DNA of 64,000 nucleotides from an uncultured Oscillospiraceae bacterium (GTDB taxonomy: Bacteria > Bacillota > Clostridia > Christensenellales > CAG-138), in the NCBI GenBank assembly GCA_964495255.1, contig CAZBVC010000005.1, positions 20,496-84,495 on the forward strand, in the 5' to 3' direction. How positions within the stretch are numbered: the stretch's first letter is position 1; each line of letters begins with the position of its first letter. The position numbers and the translations under genes are program-made. Below the pieces are notes generated by a model. The model saw nothing but the letters and a program-made list of their open reading frames with translations, ran no database searches and had not been told where the DNA came from. Of the stretch, positions 49,861 to 58,979 are shown piece by piece.

Positions 49861-51306
49861 ATGTTTTGGACGATTCTATGCTGCCTGTTGGGCGCGCTTG
49901 CGCTGCTGCTGCTGCTCGTCGCTGTCGTTCACACGCTATTGATGAAGCTGCCGGTTCGGCAAAAGCCGCGCGCGGTCGACGCGGCAGAGTCGCAATACCA
50001 TGCCGAGCGGCTTGCCGAGATGATACGCATTCCGAGCGTGAGCAAAAACGAGGACGACGACCTTTCCGAATTTTATGCGCTGCATGGCGTGCTGGAAACG
50101 CTCTTTCCGCGCGTGCATGCGACGCTGGAACGCACCGAGCTGAACGGTACGCTTCTTTACCGCTGGGCGGGGAAGGACTCGACCAAGGCGCCGATCCTGT
50201 TCATGGCGCATCAGGACGTCGTGCCCGCGCCGAGCGAGGGCTGGACGCATCCGCCGTTCGCGGGCGAGATCAAGGACGGCGTTTTGTTCGGACGCGGCAC
50301 GATGGACAGCAAGTGCAACATCTATACGCAGCTTGAAGCGATCGAGGAGCTGCTCGAAACGGGCTTTGTCCCGCCGTGCGACGTGTATGTCGAAATGGCG
50401 ATCAATGAGGAAACGGGCGGCAACGGCGCGCCCTCCGCCGCGGCATATCTCAAAGAGAAGGGCGTTTCCTTCGCGCTTGCGCTCGACGAGGGCGGAACGA
50501 TTCTGGATCGTCCCATGGCGGGCATGGATCGCCCCTACGCGGTCATCGGCGTCGGCGAAAAGGGCTATTTGGACGTGAAGTTTACCGCCAAGGGCTACGG
50601 CGGGCATTCGAGCACGCCGCCGCGCAACACGCCGCTTGCGAGGCTTGCCGCGTTCGTCAACGAGGTGGAGAGGAAACAGCCGTTTTGCTCGAAGCTCTCG
50701 CCCGAGGTCGCCGAAATGCTGACCTGCCTTTCGGGCAGCTTCGGCTTCGGTATGCGGCTTTTGCTCGGCAACCTGTGGCTGTTTCGCCCGCTCGTCGTGC
50801 TGCTCATGCCGAGAATATCCAATTATGGCGCTGCGCTCATGCGCACGACCTGCACGTTTACCATGTGCGGCGGATCCGACGCGTGCAACGTGATTCCGGC
50901 CGAGGCGTATGTGGTTGCGAATTTGCGCCTGTCCGCGCATCAGGGCGTCGACGCGTGCAAAGAGATTCTTTCGCGCTATGCAAAAAAACATGATTTGACC
51001 ATGACCATATTACAGCAGCGCGACGCGTCGCCCTTTGTGGATCTGAACGGAAAGGCGTATACGGACGTTTGCGCGGCGATTCGCAGCTATTTCCCCGATA
51101 TCGGCGTCAGCCCGTATTTGATTCTGGGCGGTACGGACGCGCGGCATTTTTACGGCGTTTGCGCCGCTCCGCTTCGCTTTTCCCCGATTCGCATGACCTC
51201 CGCGCAGGAGCATACCTGCCATGGCGTGGACGAGAACGTTTCGGCTGCGTCGCTGACGGAGGCGGTCGGCTTCTATCGCTTCTTTATGGAAACATACCAG
51301 CCGTAA
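49861..51306 (+). CDS. M20 family metallopeptidase with N-terminal membrane anchor
   Basis: Track ORF trimmed to ATG 49861 (GGAGG RBS). IRIPSVS and FMAHQDVVPA motifs and an N-terminal TM helix. Confidence 0.8.
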   Translation: MFWTILCCLLGALALLLLLVAVVHTLLMKLPVRQKPRAVDAAESQYHAERLAEMIRIPSVSKNEDDDLSEFYALHGVLETLFPRVHATLERTELNGTLLYRWAGKDSTKAPILFMAHQDVVPAPSEGWTHPPFAGEIKDGVLFGRGTMDSKCNIYTQLEAIEELLETGFVPPCDVYVEMAINEETGGNGAPSAAAYLKEKGVSFALALDEGGTILDRPMAGMDRPYAVIGVGEKGYLDVKFTAKGYGGHSSTPPRNTPLARLAAFVNEVERKQPFCSKLSPEVAEMLTCLSGSFGFGMRLLLGNLWLFRPLVVLLMPRISNYGAALMRTTCTFTMCGGSDACNVIPAEAYVVANLRLSAHQGVDACKEILSRYAKKHDLTMTILQQRDASPFVDLNGKAYTDVCAAIRSYFPDIGVSPYLILGGTDARHFYGVCAAPLRFSPIRMTSAQEHTCHGVDENVSAASLTEAVGFYRFFMETYQP

Positions 51307-51402
51307 ATAATCCAATCGTTGCAAACAAGCCATAACGCATGAGCCGCGGCGCAAGGAAAGCGCAGCGGCTCTTGCCGAATTGATCGGGAAACAGGGAATC
51401 AT

Positions 51403-52512
51403 TTATTCGTATACGCGCGGCACACGGCCGTCGATCGAGAGCAGAATTTCATAGCTGATCGTGCCCGCCCGCTCTGCAAGCTCGTCGGCAGTAATCGTTT
51501 CGCCGCCCTGCGTGCCGATGAGCACAACCTCGTCCCCGACCTTCGCGTCGGGAATGCCGCTTATGTCGACCATCATCTGATCCATGCAGATCGTGCCGAC
51601 CTGACTTGCGCGCTTTCCGCGCAAAAGCACCTCCGCCTTGCCGGAGAGACAGCGCTTATAGCCGTCGCCATAGCCGACGGGCAGCGTCGCGATGCGCGTA
51701 TCCGCTTCCGTAACGTAGGTTAAGCCATAGCTCACGCCCTCGTGCGCGGGCACGGTTTTGATATGCGAAATCGCAGTTTTCCAGCTCATGACGGGGCGTA
51801 AATCGACGCCATCCACGGCATAGCCGCGCGGGTTGCAGCCGTACATCGCGATGCCGCCGCGCACCATGCCGAATTGCAGCTCGGGCATTTCGAGCGCCGC
51901 CGCGCTGTTGCTTGCGTGCAGAATCGGGCGATAGCCGCGCGAGTGCGCCAGCTCGGCGTAAGCGCGGAACCGCTCCGCCTGCAACAGCGTAAAGCGCTTG
52001 TCGTCCCGCTCGGACACGGCAAAGTGCGTGAACATACCGTCAAAAACAAGGTTGGGGCAGGAAGGAAGCGCATCAAGCGCGCGGGTGAATTCGGCTTTGT
52101 CCGTAAACCCGATACGGTTCATGCCCGTATCAATCTTAAAATGGAAGCGGCAGGTCTTGCCCGCTTTTTTTGCGAACGCTTGCAGGGCGAACAGCGAATC
52201 CGCCGTAAAGAGCGCGGGGATCAGGTCGTTTTCTACCGCGAGCGGCATATGCGCTTCGTCCGTTGCGCCAAGCAGGAGAATCGGCGCGGCGACGCCGCTT
52301 TCACGCAGACGCACGCCCTCCTCGACGAACGCGACGGCGAGATAGGCGGCCCCGCTTCGGAGCGCGACCTTTGCGATTTCCTCCATGCCGTGCCCGTAGG
52401 CGTTCGCTTTCACGACGGCGAGATATTTCGTTTGCGGCTTGAGCTTTCCGCGGATCAGTTCGATGTTGTGAGCAAGGTTTTCTGTTGAAACCACGGCGTA
52501 TGTCGAACGCAT
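51403..52512 (-). CDS. alr: Alanine racemase
   Basis: 369 aa. AVVKANAYGHG (PLP-lysine motif) and overall Alr layout. Confidence 0.9.
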   Translation of the reverse strand: MRSTYAVVSTENLAHNIELIRGKLKPQTKYLAVVKANAYGHGMEEIAKVALRSGAAYLAVAFVEEGVRLRESGVAAPILLLGATDEAHMPLAVENDLIPALFTADSLFALQAFAKKAGKTCRFHFKIDTGMNRIGFTDKAEFTRALDALPSCPNLVFDGMFTHFAVSERDDKRFTLLQAERFRAYAELAHSRGYRPILHASNSAAALEMPELQFGMVRGGIAMYGCNPRGYAVDGVDLRPVMSWKTAISHIKTVPAHEGVSYGLTYVTEADTRIATLPVGYGDGYKRCLSGKAEVLLRGKRASQVGTICMDQMMVDISGIPDAKVGDEVVLIGTQGGETITADELAERAGTISYEILLSIDGRVPRVYE

Positions 52513-52644
52513 GCTTTGTTACCTCGATTGCATTTATTGCATTTCGTTTTTTTCGTTCTCTATCATACACGCTTTCTCCGCGCTTTTCAAATGGATAAGA
52601 ACGCTTCTTCCGACATAGAGTGTTTCGTAAGGAGCGTGAACGTT

Positions 52645-53367
52645 ATGGCAGACGAAATGAACCTGAATCCGTTTACCTCGCGCGAGCCGCAGGGGCAAAG
52701 CGGAAGGCGTTCGGCGCAGTATGCGGCATATACGCGCAGAACCTCGGCGCAGCGCCGCGCGGGAAAACCCCGAGCGGGCAGTATGTGGGCAAAGATCGCC
52801 ATCTGCATCGCGCTGCTTGCCGTCGCGCTGCTTGCGGAGTCGCTCATGCTGCGCGGCGGCAAGAGAAATACCGCTTCGCCCAAAACGGAGGAGAAAACCG
52901 TTGCGGCAAGCGTGGACGGAGCGGGCGAAACGGAATCGGGCGACGAGGGCGAAACGCTCGGGCGGCTCCGATTTGTCGGCGCGAGCGGGGTCAAGAGCGT
53001 GTTTGCCGTGTCGCAGCGCTGGGATATGCCCGTCGCCGCCTATACAGCCGCAAAGACGATCGAGGACGACACCACGCTGTATATCAAGGCGGAGGCGGGG
53101 GAACAGATTCGCGCAAGCGCGGCGGGCGAGGTGCGAACGGTCGGTTCGGACGAGGTTTACGGCGCGTATGTGCGTGTCGTCAGCGGAAGCGACGTGGAAA
53201 CGATATATGCGCATATAGACGGCGTTTGCGTCGAGGAGGGGCAGCCGGTTTTGGCGGGCGATCTGCTCGGCACGGTCTGCGCGGACGGGCAGCTGTATGT
53301 TTCCGTATCGGTGGGCGGCGCGCCTGTCGATCCAAGCGCGTATTTGAACCTTCAAGCAGATGAATAG
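52645..53367 (+). CDS. spoIVFA: SpoIVFA-like membrane protein with degenerate LytM/M23 domain
   Basis: Track ORF trimmed to ATG 52645 (AAGGAG upstream). One TM helix. The C-terminal M23-like domain lacks the HxH/HLH metal motifs (QLYVSVSVGG where HLHFE is expected). It overlaps the spoIVFB-like gene. Confidence 0.65.
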   Translation: MADEMNLNPFTSREPQGQSGRRSAQYAAYTRRTSAQRRAGKPRAGSMWAKIAICIALLAVALLAESLMLRGGKRNTASPKTEEKTVAASVDGAGETESGDEGETLGRLRFVGASGVKSVFAVSQRWDMPVAAYTAAKTIEDDTTLYIKAEAGEQIRASAAGEVRTVGSDEVYGAYVRVVSGSDVETIYAHIDGVCVEEGQPVLAGDLLGTVCADGQLYVSVSVGGAPVDPSAYLNLQADE

Positions 53368-54262
53368 CGTTGTCGTTTGCAATGTGCGCGGCGTCGAGCT
53401 GCGCGTACACCCGCTTTTGACGCTCGTTTTGGCGGCGGCGTGCGTTCTGGGCAGGCTGGACGAGCTTGTACAGGCGCTGTTTGCGCTGCTTTTGCACGAA
53501 TGTGCGCATGCTTTGGCGGCATGGGCGTTCGGCGGAAAAATTCGCGCGATGGAGATTTTGCCGTTCGGCGCTGCGCTGCGCATGGACAAAGCGGTGTTTT
53601 CGGAATGGGGCGTCGCGGCGGCGGGCCCGATCATGAGCTTTGTCGTTGCGGGCGTAACGGCGATCTTCTGCACGCTTTCGCCCTATACGAACGCGCGGCT
53701 CAAAGGCTTTCTCGCGTTCAACCTGACGCTTGCGGTGATCAACCTGCTGCCCGCGCTGCCGCTCGACGGCGGACGCGTGGTCAAAAGCCTTATTCAGCCG
53801 CGCGCGGGGCTTTCGTTCGCCGTGAAGATGACCGGCTGGGCGGGCGTGGCCGCAGGAAGCGCGATGCTTGTGATCTTTGCCCTGCTTTTGCACTTTGGAG
53901 CGACCAACCTGACGCTTGCCGTTATGGGAATATTCTTGCTTGCGGCGGCGATTCATGAGCTGCGCGCGCTGCCCGAGGGGCGGCTTGCCGAGCTGAACGG
54001 GCGAGCGGACGCGCTTCTTGCGGGCGAGGGCGTAAGCGTCAATCAGTTTGCGGCGCATATGACCATGCCCGCCGCGGACGCGCTGAGGCTCGTCAAACGC
54101 AACCGCTACTTGGTGATTCGCGTGCTGGACGACGAACTTTCCCTGATCGGCGAGCTGGACGAGACGGCGCTCGTTTTGGGTATGGCGCGGCTGGGCACGA
54201 ACGCGAGCGTCGGCGCGATCCTGCGCGTTTCGCGGCGGGCAAAAGCGAAGAATGCGATTTGA
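53360..54262 (+). CDS. spoIVFB: Site-2 (M50) intramembrane metalloprotease, SpoIVFB-like, with C-terminal CBS-like region
   Basis: HECAH (HExxH) and NLLPALPLDGGR motifs in TM segments. Confidence 0.85.
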   Translation: MNSVVVCNVRGVELRVHPLLTLVLAAACVLGRLDELVQALFALLLHECAHALAAWAFGGKIRAMEILPFGAALRMDKAVFSEWGVAAAGPIMSFVVAGVTAIFCTLSPYTNARLKGFLAFNLTLAVINLLPALPLDGGRVVKSLIQPRAGLSFAVKMTGWAGVAAGSAMLVIFALLLHFGATNLTLAVMGIFLLAAAIHELRALPEGRLAELNGRADALLAGEGVSVNQFAAHMTMPAADALRLVKRNRYLVIRVLDDELSLIGELDETALVLGMARLGTNASVGAILRVSRRAKAKNAI

Positions 54263-54332
54263 CCGAACGCGTCTCTTGTGGTAAACTTCGATTGCGGGTA
54301 AGCGTGTTTGCCCGAAAACAGGCGCAAGGACG

Positions 54333-56126
54333 TTGGAAAGATTGAAACAGGAAACGCTGACAGGCTTGCTGAAACGCGTGGAAAAGCCCGCGCGATATAT
54401 CGGATCCGAACTAAACGAGATCGTCAAACCCGAGGCGGACGTCCGATTCGGGTTACTGTTTCCGGACGTTTATGAAATCGGGATGTCGCACTTGGGCTCG
54501 CGCATCCTCTACCATGTGTTGAACGGAGAGGACGGCGTCGCGTGCGAGCGCGCCTACGCCCCTTGGTCGGATATGGAAAAGGCGCTGCGGGAAGCGGGCG
54601 AACCGCTGTTTTCGCTCGAAACGAAGCGACCGCTTTGCGATTTCGATATTCTCGGATTCTCGCTTCTCTACGAGATGTGCTATACGAACATCCTGCAAAT
54701 GCTCGACCTTTCGGGTATTCCGTTTGAAGCGCGCGCGCGCGGCGAGGAAGCGCCCTTGATCGTTTGCGGCGGGCCGTGCGCCTGCAACAGCGAGCCCATT
54801 CTGCCGTTTTTCGACGCGATTATGATCGGCGACGGCGAGGATATGGTGCTCGAACTCGTGCGCGCCTACCGGCAAAATAAGGAAAGCGGCGGATCGAAGC
54901 GCGATTTGCTCAAAACCCTGTCAAAGTTGCGCGGGTTTCTCGTGCCGAGCGAGTTGAAACCGAATCAAACCGTCGTGCGCCGCATCGTGAACGATCTTGA
55001 CCGCGCGACGTTTACGGGCAAGCCGATCGTGCCGTATATGAGCATCGTGCATGATCGCGTGGCGCTCGAGGTCATGCGCGGCTGCACGCGCGGCTGCCGC
55101 TTTTGTCAGGCGGGCTACATCTACCGCCCCGTGCGCGAAAGAAGGAGCGAAACGCTCATGCGCCTTGCACGCGAGCAAATCGCCTGCACGGGCTATGACG
55201 AGGTTTCGCTTTTGAGCCTCAGCACGGGCGACTATTCCGAGGTGCATACGCTTGTGCCGGAGATCATCCGCGAAATGGCGAAAAACAAGGTTTCCGTCGC
55301 GCTGCCGTCCCTGCGGGTGGATTCCGAGCTGGCGGCGGATCTCTCCGTGATGCAGACCGTGCGCAAGGCGGGCTTGACGTTCGCGCCGGAAGCGGGTACG
55401 CAGAGACTGCGGGACGTCATCAACAAAAACGTCACCGAGGAGGACGTGCTTCGCGCCGCGGGGGACGCGTTCGAGGCGGGCTGGAGCGGCGTGAAGCTGT
55501 ATTTCATGATCGGTCTGCCGACGGAGACGGATGAGGACATTCTCGGCATCGCGGAGCTGGTCAAAAAGATCGCGGCGCGGTTTTACGCTTTGCCGAAAGA
55601 GAAGCGCGGCAAGGGTCTGCGCATGACGGTCAGCGTTTCAACGTTTGTGCCGAAGCCGTTTACGGCGTTTCAATGGTGCGCGCAGGATTCCGCAGAGGAG
55701 ATTCGCCGCAAGCAGGAGCTGCTCCGTGCGGCGCTCAAAGGCGTTCGCGGCGCGGAGCTGCATTGCCATTACAGCCTGCTTTCCGTGCTGGAAGCGGCGT
55801 TTTCGCGCGGCGATGGACGGCTTGCCGACGTGCTGAAAAGGGCATACGAGAAAGGCTGCCGCTTCGACGCATGGACGGAGCAGTTCCGCCCGAACGCGTG
55901 GAAAGAGGCGTTTATGGAATGCGGACTGGACGAGACGGAATACGCCGAGCGAACGTTTGCAAAGGATGAGGTTTTGCCTTGGGAGCAGGTGGACATGCTT
56001 GTAACAAAGCGCTATCTGCGGGGCGAATATGAAAAGGCGGTCTTGGGAGAGACCACGCGGGATTGCCGCGCGGGATGCAACGGCTGCTTCGGAGCGCATT
56101 ATGAAACTGATTGCGGCTTATTCTAA
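54333..56126 (+). CDS. TIGR03960-type B12-binding-domain radical SAM protein
   Basis: VEKPARYIGSELN N-terminus and the CTRGCRFCQAG radical-SAM cluster motif. TTG start as in the track (uncertain). Confidence 0.85.
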   Translation: MERLKQETLTGLLKRVEKPARYIGSELNEIVKPEADVRFGLLFPDVYEIGMSHLGSRILYHVLNGEDGVACERAYAPWSDMEKALREAGEPLFSLETKRPLCDFDILGFSLLYEMCYTNILQMLDLSGIPFEARARGEEAPLIVCGGPCACNSEPILPFFDAIMIGDGEDMVLELVRAYRQNKESGGSKRDLLKTLSKLRGFLVPSELKPNQTVVRRIVNDLDRATFTGKPIVPYMSIVHDRVALEVMRGCTRGCRFCQAGYIYRPVRERRSETLMRLAREQIACTGYDEVSLLSLSTGDYSEVHTLVPEIIREMAKNKVSVALPSLRVDSELAADLSVMQTVRKAGLTFAPEAGTQRLRDVINKNVTEEDVLRAAGDAFEAGWSGVKLYFMIGLPTETDEDILGIAELVKKIAARFYALPKEKRGKGLRMTVSVSTFVPKPFTAFQWCAQDSAEEIRRKQELLRAALKGVRGAELHCHYSLLSVLEAAFSRGDGRLADVLKRAYEKGCRFDAWTEQFRPNAWKEAFMECGLDETEYAERTFAKDEVLPWEQVDMLVTKRYLRGEYEKAVLGETTRDCRAGCNGCFGAHYETDCGLF

Positions 56127-56784
56127 GGGACGCGAGGTCGCGTTCGTATCGCATTTGGACGTGCTGCGAACCTTGCAGCGCGCGTTTCGGCGCGCGAACG
56201 TTCCGCTCGCTTTTTCGCAGGGGTTCAACCCGCATCCGCTGCTTTCGTTCGCAACCGCGACCGGCACGGGTATGTCGAGCGATTTCGAGTGGTTCGAGGT
56301 GCAGCTTTCCGAGGAGATGACGCCAAACGCGTTTGTGATAGCGGTGAACGGCGCGCTGCCGAACGGGTTTTCGGTGCGCGACGCGTTCGTGCCGCCCGAG
56401 GGGTTCGGCTCGCTTGCGTCGAAGCTGACGAGCGCAATCTACGAGGTTCAGCTGTCGCTGGATTGCGGCGTCGATCAAACAAAGTTCGAAGCCATGCTCA
56501 AAGACATGCTTTCGGGCGAAATTATCGTTAACAAGCGGACAAAGAGCGGGATTCGTCCCGCCGACATTCGTCCGCAAATTCTGCGGGTCTCCGTGGAGAA
56601 GGTCGGGGACGGGTCAGCCGCCCTCCGTGTTCTGGGCAAATTGCAAGCCGATGGCGGTCTGCGTGTCGAGCTGTTCATCGACGCGTTGAACGAGCGTTTC
56701 GGCGTTCATGCCGTCGCTGAGGTTAACCGTGCGGGCATGTTTTTTGCCGCAGATGGTCTTCTTCCGCGCTTGCCGGCGGAATAG
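56101..56784 (+). CDS. TIGR03936/DUF2344 radical-SAM-associated protein
   Basis: Track ORF trimmed to ATG 56101. FVSHLDVLRTLQRAFRRANVPLAFSQGFNPHP is the family signature. Confidence 0.85.
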   Translation: MKLIAAYSKGREVAFVSHLDVLRTLQRAFRRANVPLAFSQGFNPHPLLSFATATGTGMSSDFEWFEVQLSEEMTPNAFVIAVNGALPNGFSVRDAFVPPEGFGSLASKLTSAIYEVQLSLDCGVDQTKFEAMLKDMLSGEIIVNKRTKSGIRPADIRPQILRVSVEKVGDGSAALRVLGKLQADGGLRVELFIDALNERFGVHAVAEVNRAGMFFAADGLLPRLPAE

Positions 56785-56798
56785 AAAGAGAAGGGAAA

Positions 56799-58307
56799 AT
56801 GAATAAGGAAATTCTGGTGGATGCGAACGGGTTTGCGACCCGCGTCGCAGTGGTTGAGGACGGCGCGCCCGTCGAGCTGTACGTTGAGCAGGAGGGCTCG
56901 CAAAGACTGGTCGGCAACATTTATAACGGCAAGGTGCAAAACGTTCTGCCCGGCATGCAGGCGGCGTTCGTGGACATCGGGCTGGAACGCAACGCGTTCT
57001 TATACGCGGGCGACATCGTAATGAGCGACGACCCAGACGACGAGATCGAAGCCATGCCTGTTTCGCGCAGCATCGGCGATTTGGTCAAGCCGGGGCAAAC
57101 GATCATGGTGCAGGTGGCGAAGGATCCTGTCGGCACGAAGGGTGCGCGCGTTACCACGCATATCACGCTTGCGGGCAGGTCGCTCGTTTTGATGCCGACG
57201 ATGGACTATGTCGGCGTATCGCGCCGCATCGATAAGGACGACGAGCGGCAGCGTCTGCGGAAAATACTGACCGAGCTGAAGCCCGAAAACATGGGCGTTA
57301 TCGTTCGCACGGCGTCCGCGGGCAAACCGCGCGAAGCGTTTGCCGAGGATATGGAAAGCATCATGGGTCTTTACCGCGAGATCGTCAGGCGCGCGGCGGA
57401 TCGTAAGGCGCCCGCGCTGCTGCACGCGGAGCAATCGCTTTTGTTCCGCACGGTGCGCGATTTGCTTATGAAGGACGTGGATCGCGTGTTTGTCAACGAT
57501 TCGGATACCTACGAGCAGCTGCGCGAGATCGCCGACGTGATGGCGCCGAAGCTCAAAGCGCGCATCCTGCTCAAAGAGAGCGAGGCGCTGTTCGACCGCT
57601 ACGACACCGAGGGGAAGATCGACAAGGCGCTGCTGCGGAAGGTTTGGCTCAAAAGCGGCGGCTATCTCGTCATCGACAAGACCGAGGCGCTGACCTGCAT
57701 CGACGTAAACTCCGGCAAGTTCGTCGGCAAGGACAATCTGGAAAAGACGATTACCGCCGTCAACTGCGAGGCGGCGAAGGAAATCGCGCGGCAGCTTCGC
57801 CTGAGGGACTTTGGCGGCATCATCATCATCGACTTTATCGACATGGAGAAAGAGTCCAACCGCTCGCTCGTTCTGAACACGCTCAAAACCGCGCTGAAAG
57901 ACGACCATACGCGCTCGCATGTGTTCGGCTTTACGCACCTTGGGCTGGTTGAAATGACGCGTAAGAAAACGGGGCGCAGCATCGTGGACACCTTGCAGAC
58001 GACCTGCCCGTACTGCGGCGGCGACGCGCGCGTGCTCGCGGCGGAGACGATGGTGACACGCGTGCGCAAGCAGGCGTTGCAGGTGATGAAAGGCTCGCAG
58101 AACAAGCGCATGCTGATCGAGGTGCATCCCGACGTGCTTGCCGCGATGGAGGCCGCCGAAAAGAAGCATGGGCATATCTTCCCGACGGAAGCGGGCGGAA
58201 CGTACTATGTGCGCGCGAATCCGTCGCTGCATATCGAGAAGTTTACCGCGCGTCCGTTGGCGGAGCGCCGCGTCGCCGAGGCGCAGAAGGACTGCAAGGT
58301 TTTCTGA
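56799..58307 (+). CDS. rng: Rne/Rng family ribonuclease (RNase G-like)
   Basis: S1-domain N-terminus GNIYNGKVQNVLPGMQAAFVDIG, then VIDKTEALTCIDVNSGKF and a CPYCGG Zn-link-like motif. Confidence 0.9.
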   Translation: MNKEILVDANGFATRVAVVEDGAPVELYVEQEGSQRLVGNIYNGKVQNVLPGMQAAFVDIGLERNAFLYAGDIVMSDDPDDEIEAMPVSRSIGDLVKPGQTIMVQVAKDPVGTKGARVTTHITLAGRSLVLMPTMDYVGVSRRIDKDDERQRLRKILTELKPENMGVIVRTASAGKPREAFAEDMESIMGLYREIVRRAADRKAPALLHAEQSLLFRTVRDLLMKDVDRVFVNDSDTYEQLREIADVMAPKLKARILLKESEALFDRYDTEGKIDKALLRKVWLKSGGYLVIDKTEALTCIDVNSGKFVGKDNLEKTITAVNCEAAKEIARQLRLRDFGGIIIIDFIDMEKESNRSLVLNTLKTALKDDHTRSHVFGFTHLGLVEMTRKKTGRSIVDTLQTTCPYCGGDARVLAAETMVTRVRKQALQVMKGSQNKRMLIEVHPDVLAAMEAAEKKHGHIFPTEAGGTYYVRANPSLHIEKFTARPLAERRVAEAQKDCKVF

Positions 58308-58366
58308 CCGCTCGGAATCCCTGCGGCATGCGCGCATAGGAATTTGTTTGGATTCGGTTTCATGAA

Positions 58367-58395
58367 TTGACAACCTCTGACGGTTCACCTATAAT
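58367..58395 (+). promoter_or_regulatory. Perfect consensus sigma-A promoter
   Basis: TTGACA (58367-58372), exactly 17 nt, TATAAT (58390-58395). Confidence 0.65.
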
Positions 58396-58481
58396 GTTTG
58401 AGTCGGTTTTATGGCATGGCGAACACCCAAAACATTCGATCGGTCCGCAAAATACGAAACGATTTCAAGCGAGGGAGACCA

Positions 58482-58682
58482 ATGTTGACGCAGCCTCAAA
58501 CGATGCAGGAGATCGAGCAAAGTGTGCTGGAACTGCTGAAAGACGGGTCGATGACCCAAGCCGACCTTTGCGACCATTTTCGCAACTATTGGATCGCGGG
58601 CGACGCCATACGCAATTTGGAACGGAAGGGCGCCATCGTCCGAAGCAAGCATGGCAGAACGAACATGATCGAGTTGAAATAG
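58482..58682 (+). CDS. Small winged-helix-like protein (66 aa)
   Basis: Track ORF trimmed to ATG 58482 (GAGGGAGA RBS). MQEIEQSVLELLKDGSMTQADLCDHF...RNLERKGAIV resembles a wHTH. Confidence 0.55.
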   Translation: MLTQPQTMQEIEQSVLELLKDGSMTQADLCDHFRNYWIAGDAIRNLERKGAIVRSKHGRTNMIELK

Positions 58683-58730
58683 AGCGTCCGTCCGCGAGAC
58701 GTTTTCTGCGGAACAAGAGATGAAAGCATG

Positions 58731-58758
58731 AGAGCCGCTCGGAAACGGGCGGCTCTTT
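58731..58758 (+). terminator. Hairpin terminator after the small wHTH gene
   Basis: AGAGCCGC-tcggaaacgg-GCGGCTCT, followed by a short U-tract (tt). Confidence 0.45.
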
Positions 58759-58979
58759 GCGTGAGGAAGCATGGACATATTGACAAACTTCGATGAATCC
58801 TTTCAATCTGTTACAGCCGTTTATTCGACAACGGGTATAACCGCCGACGGATAAATCATCAAGAGGAGATCCCCCAAAGATTGACATTGAGCTGTAATAA
58901 TCTTGTTTCGTCTGATTCGCAACGTCCCGCAGCGCAAGTATGTTTGGCGACACGGGGCGTTATCCATGCGGAGAATGCG

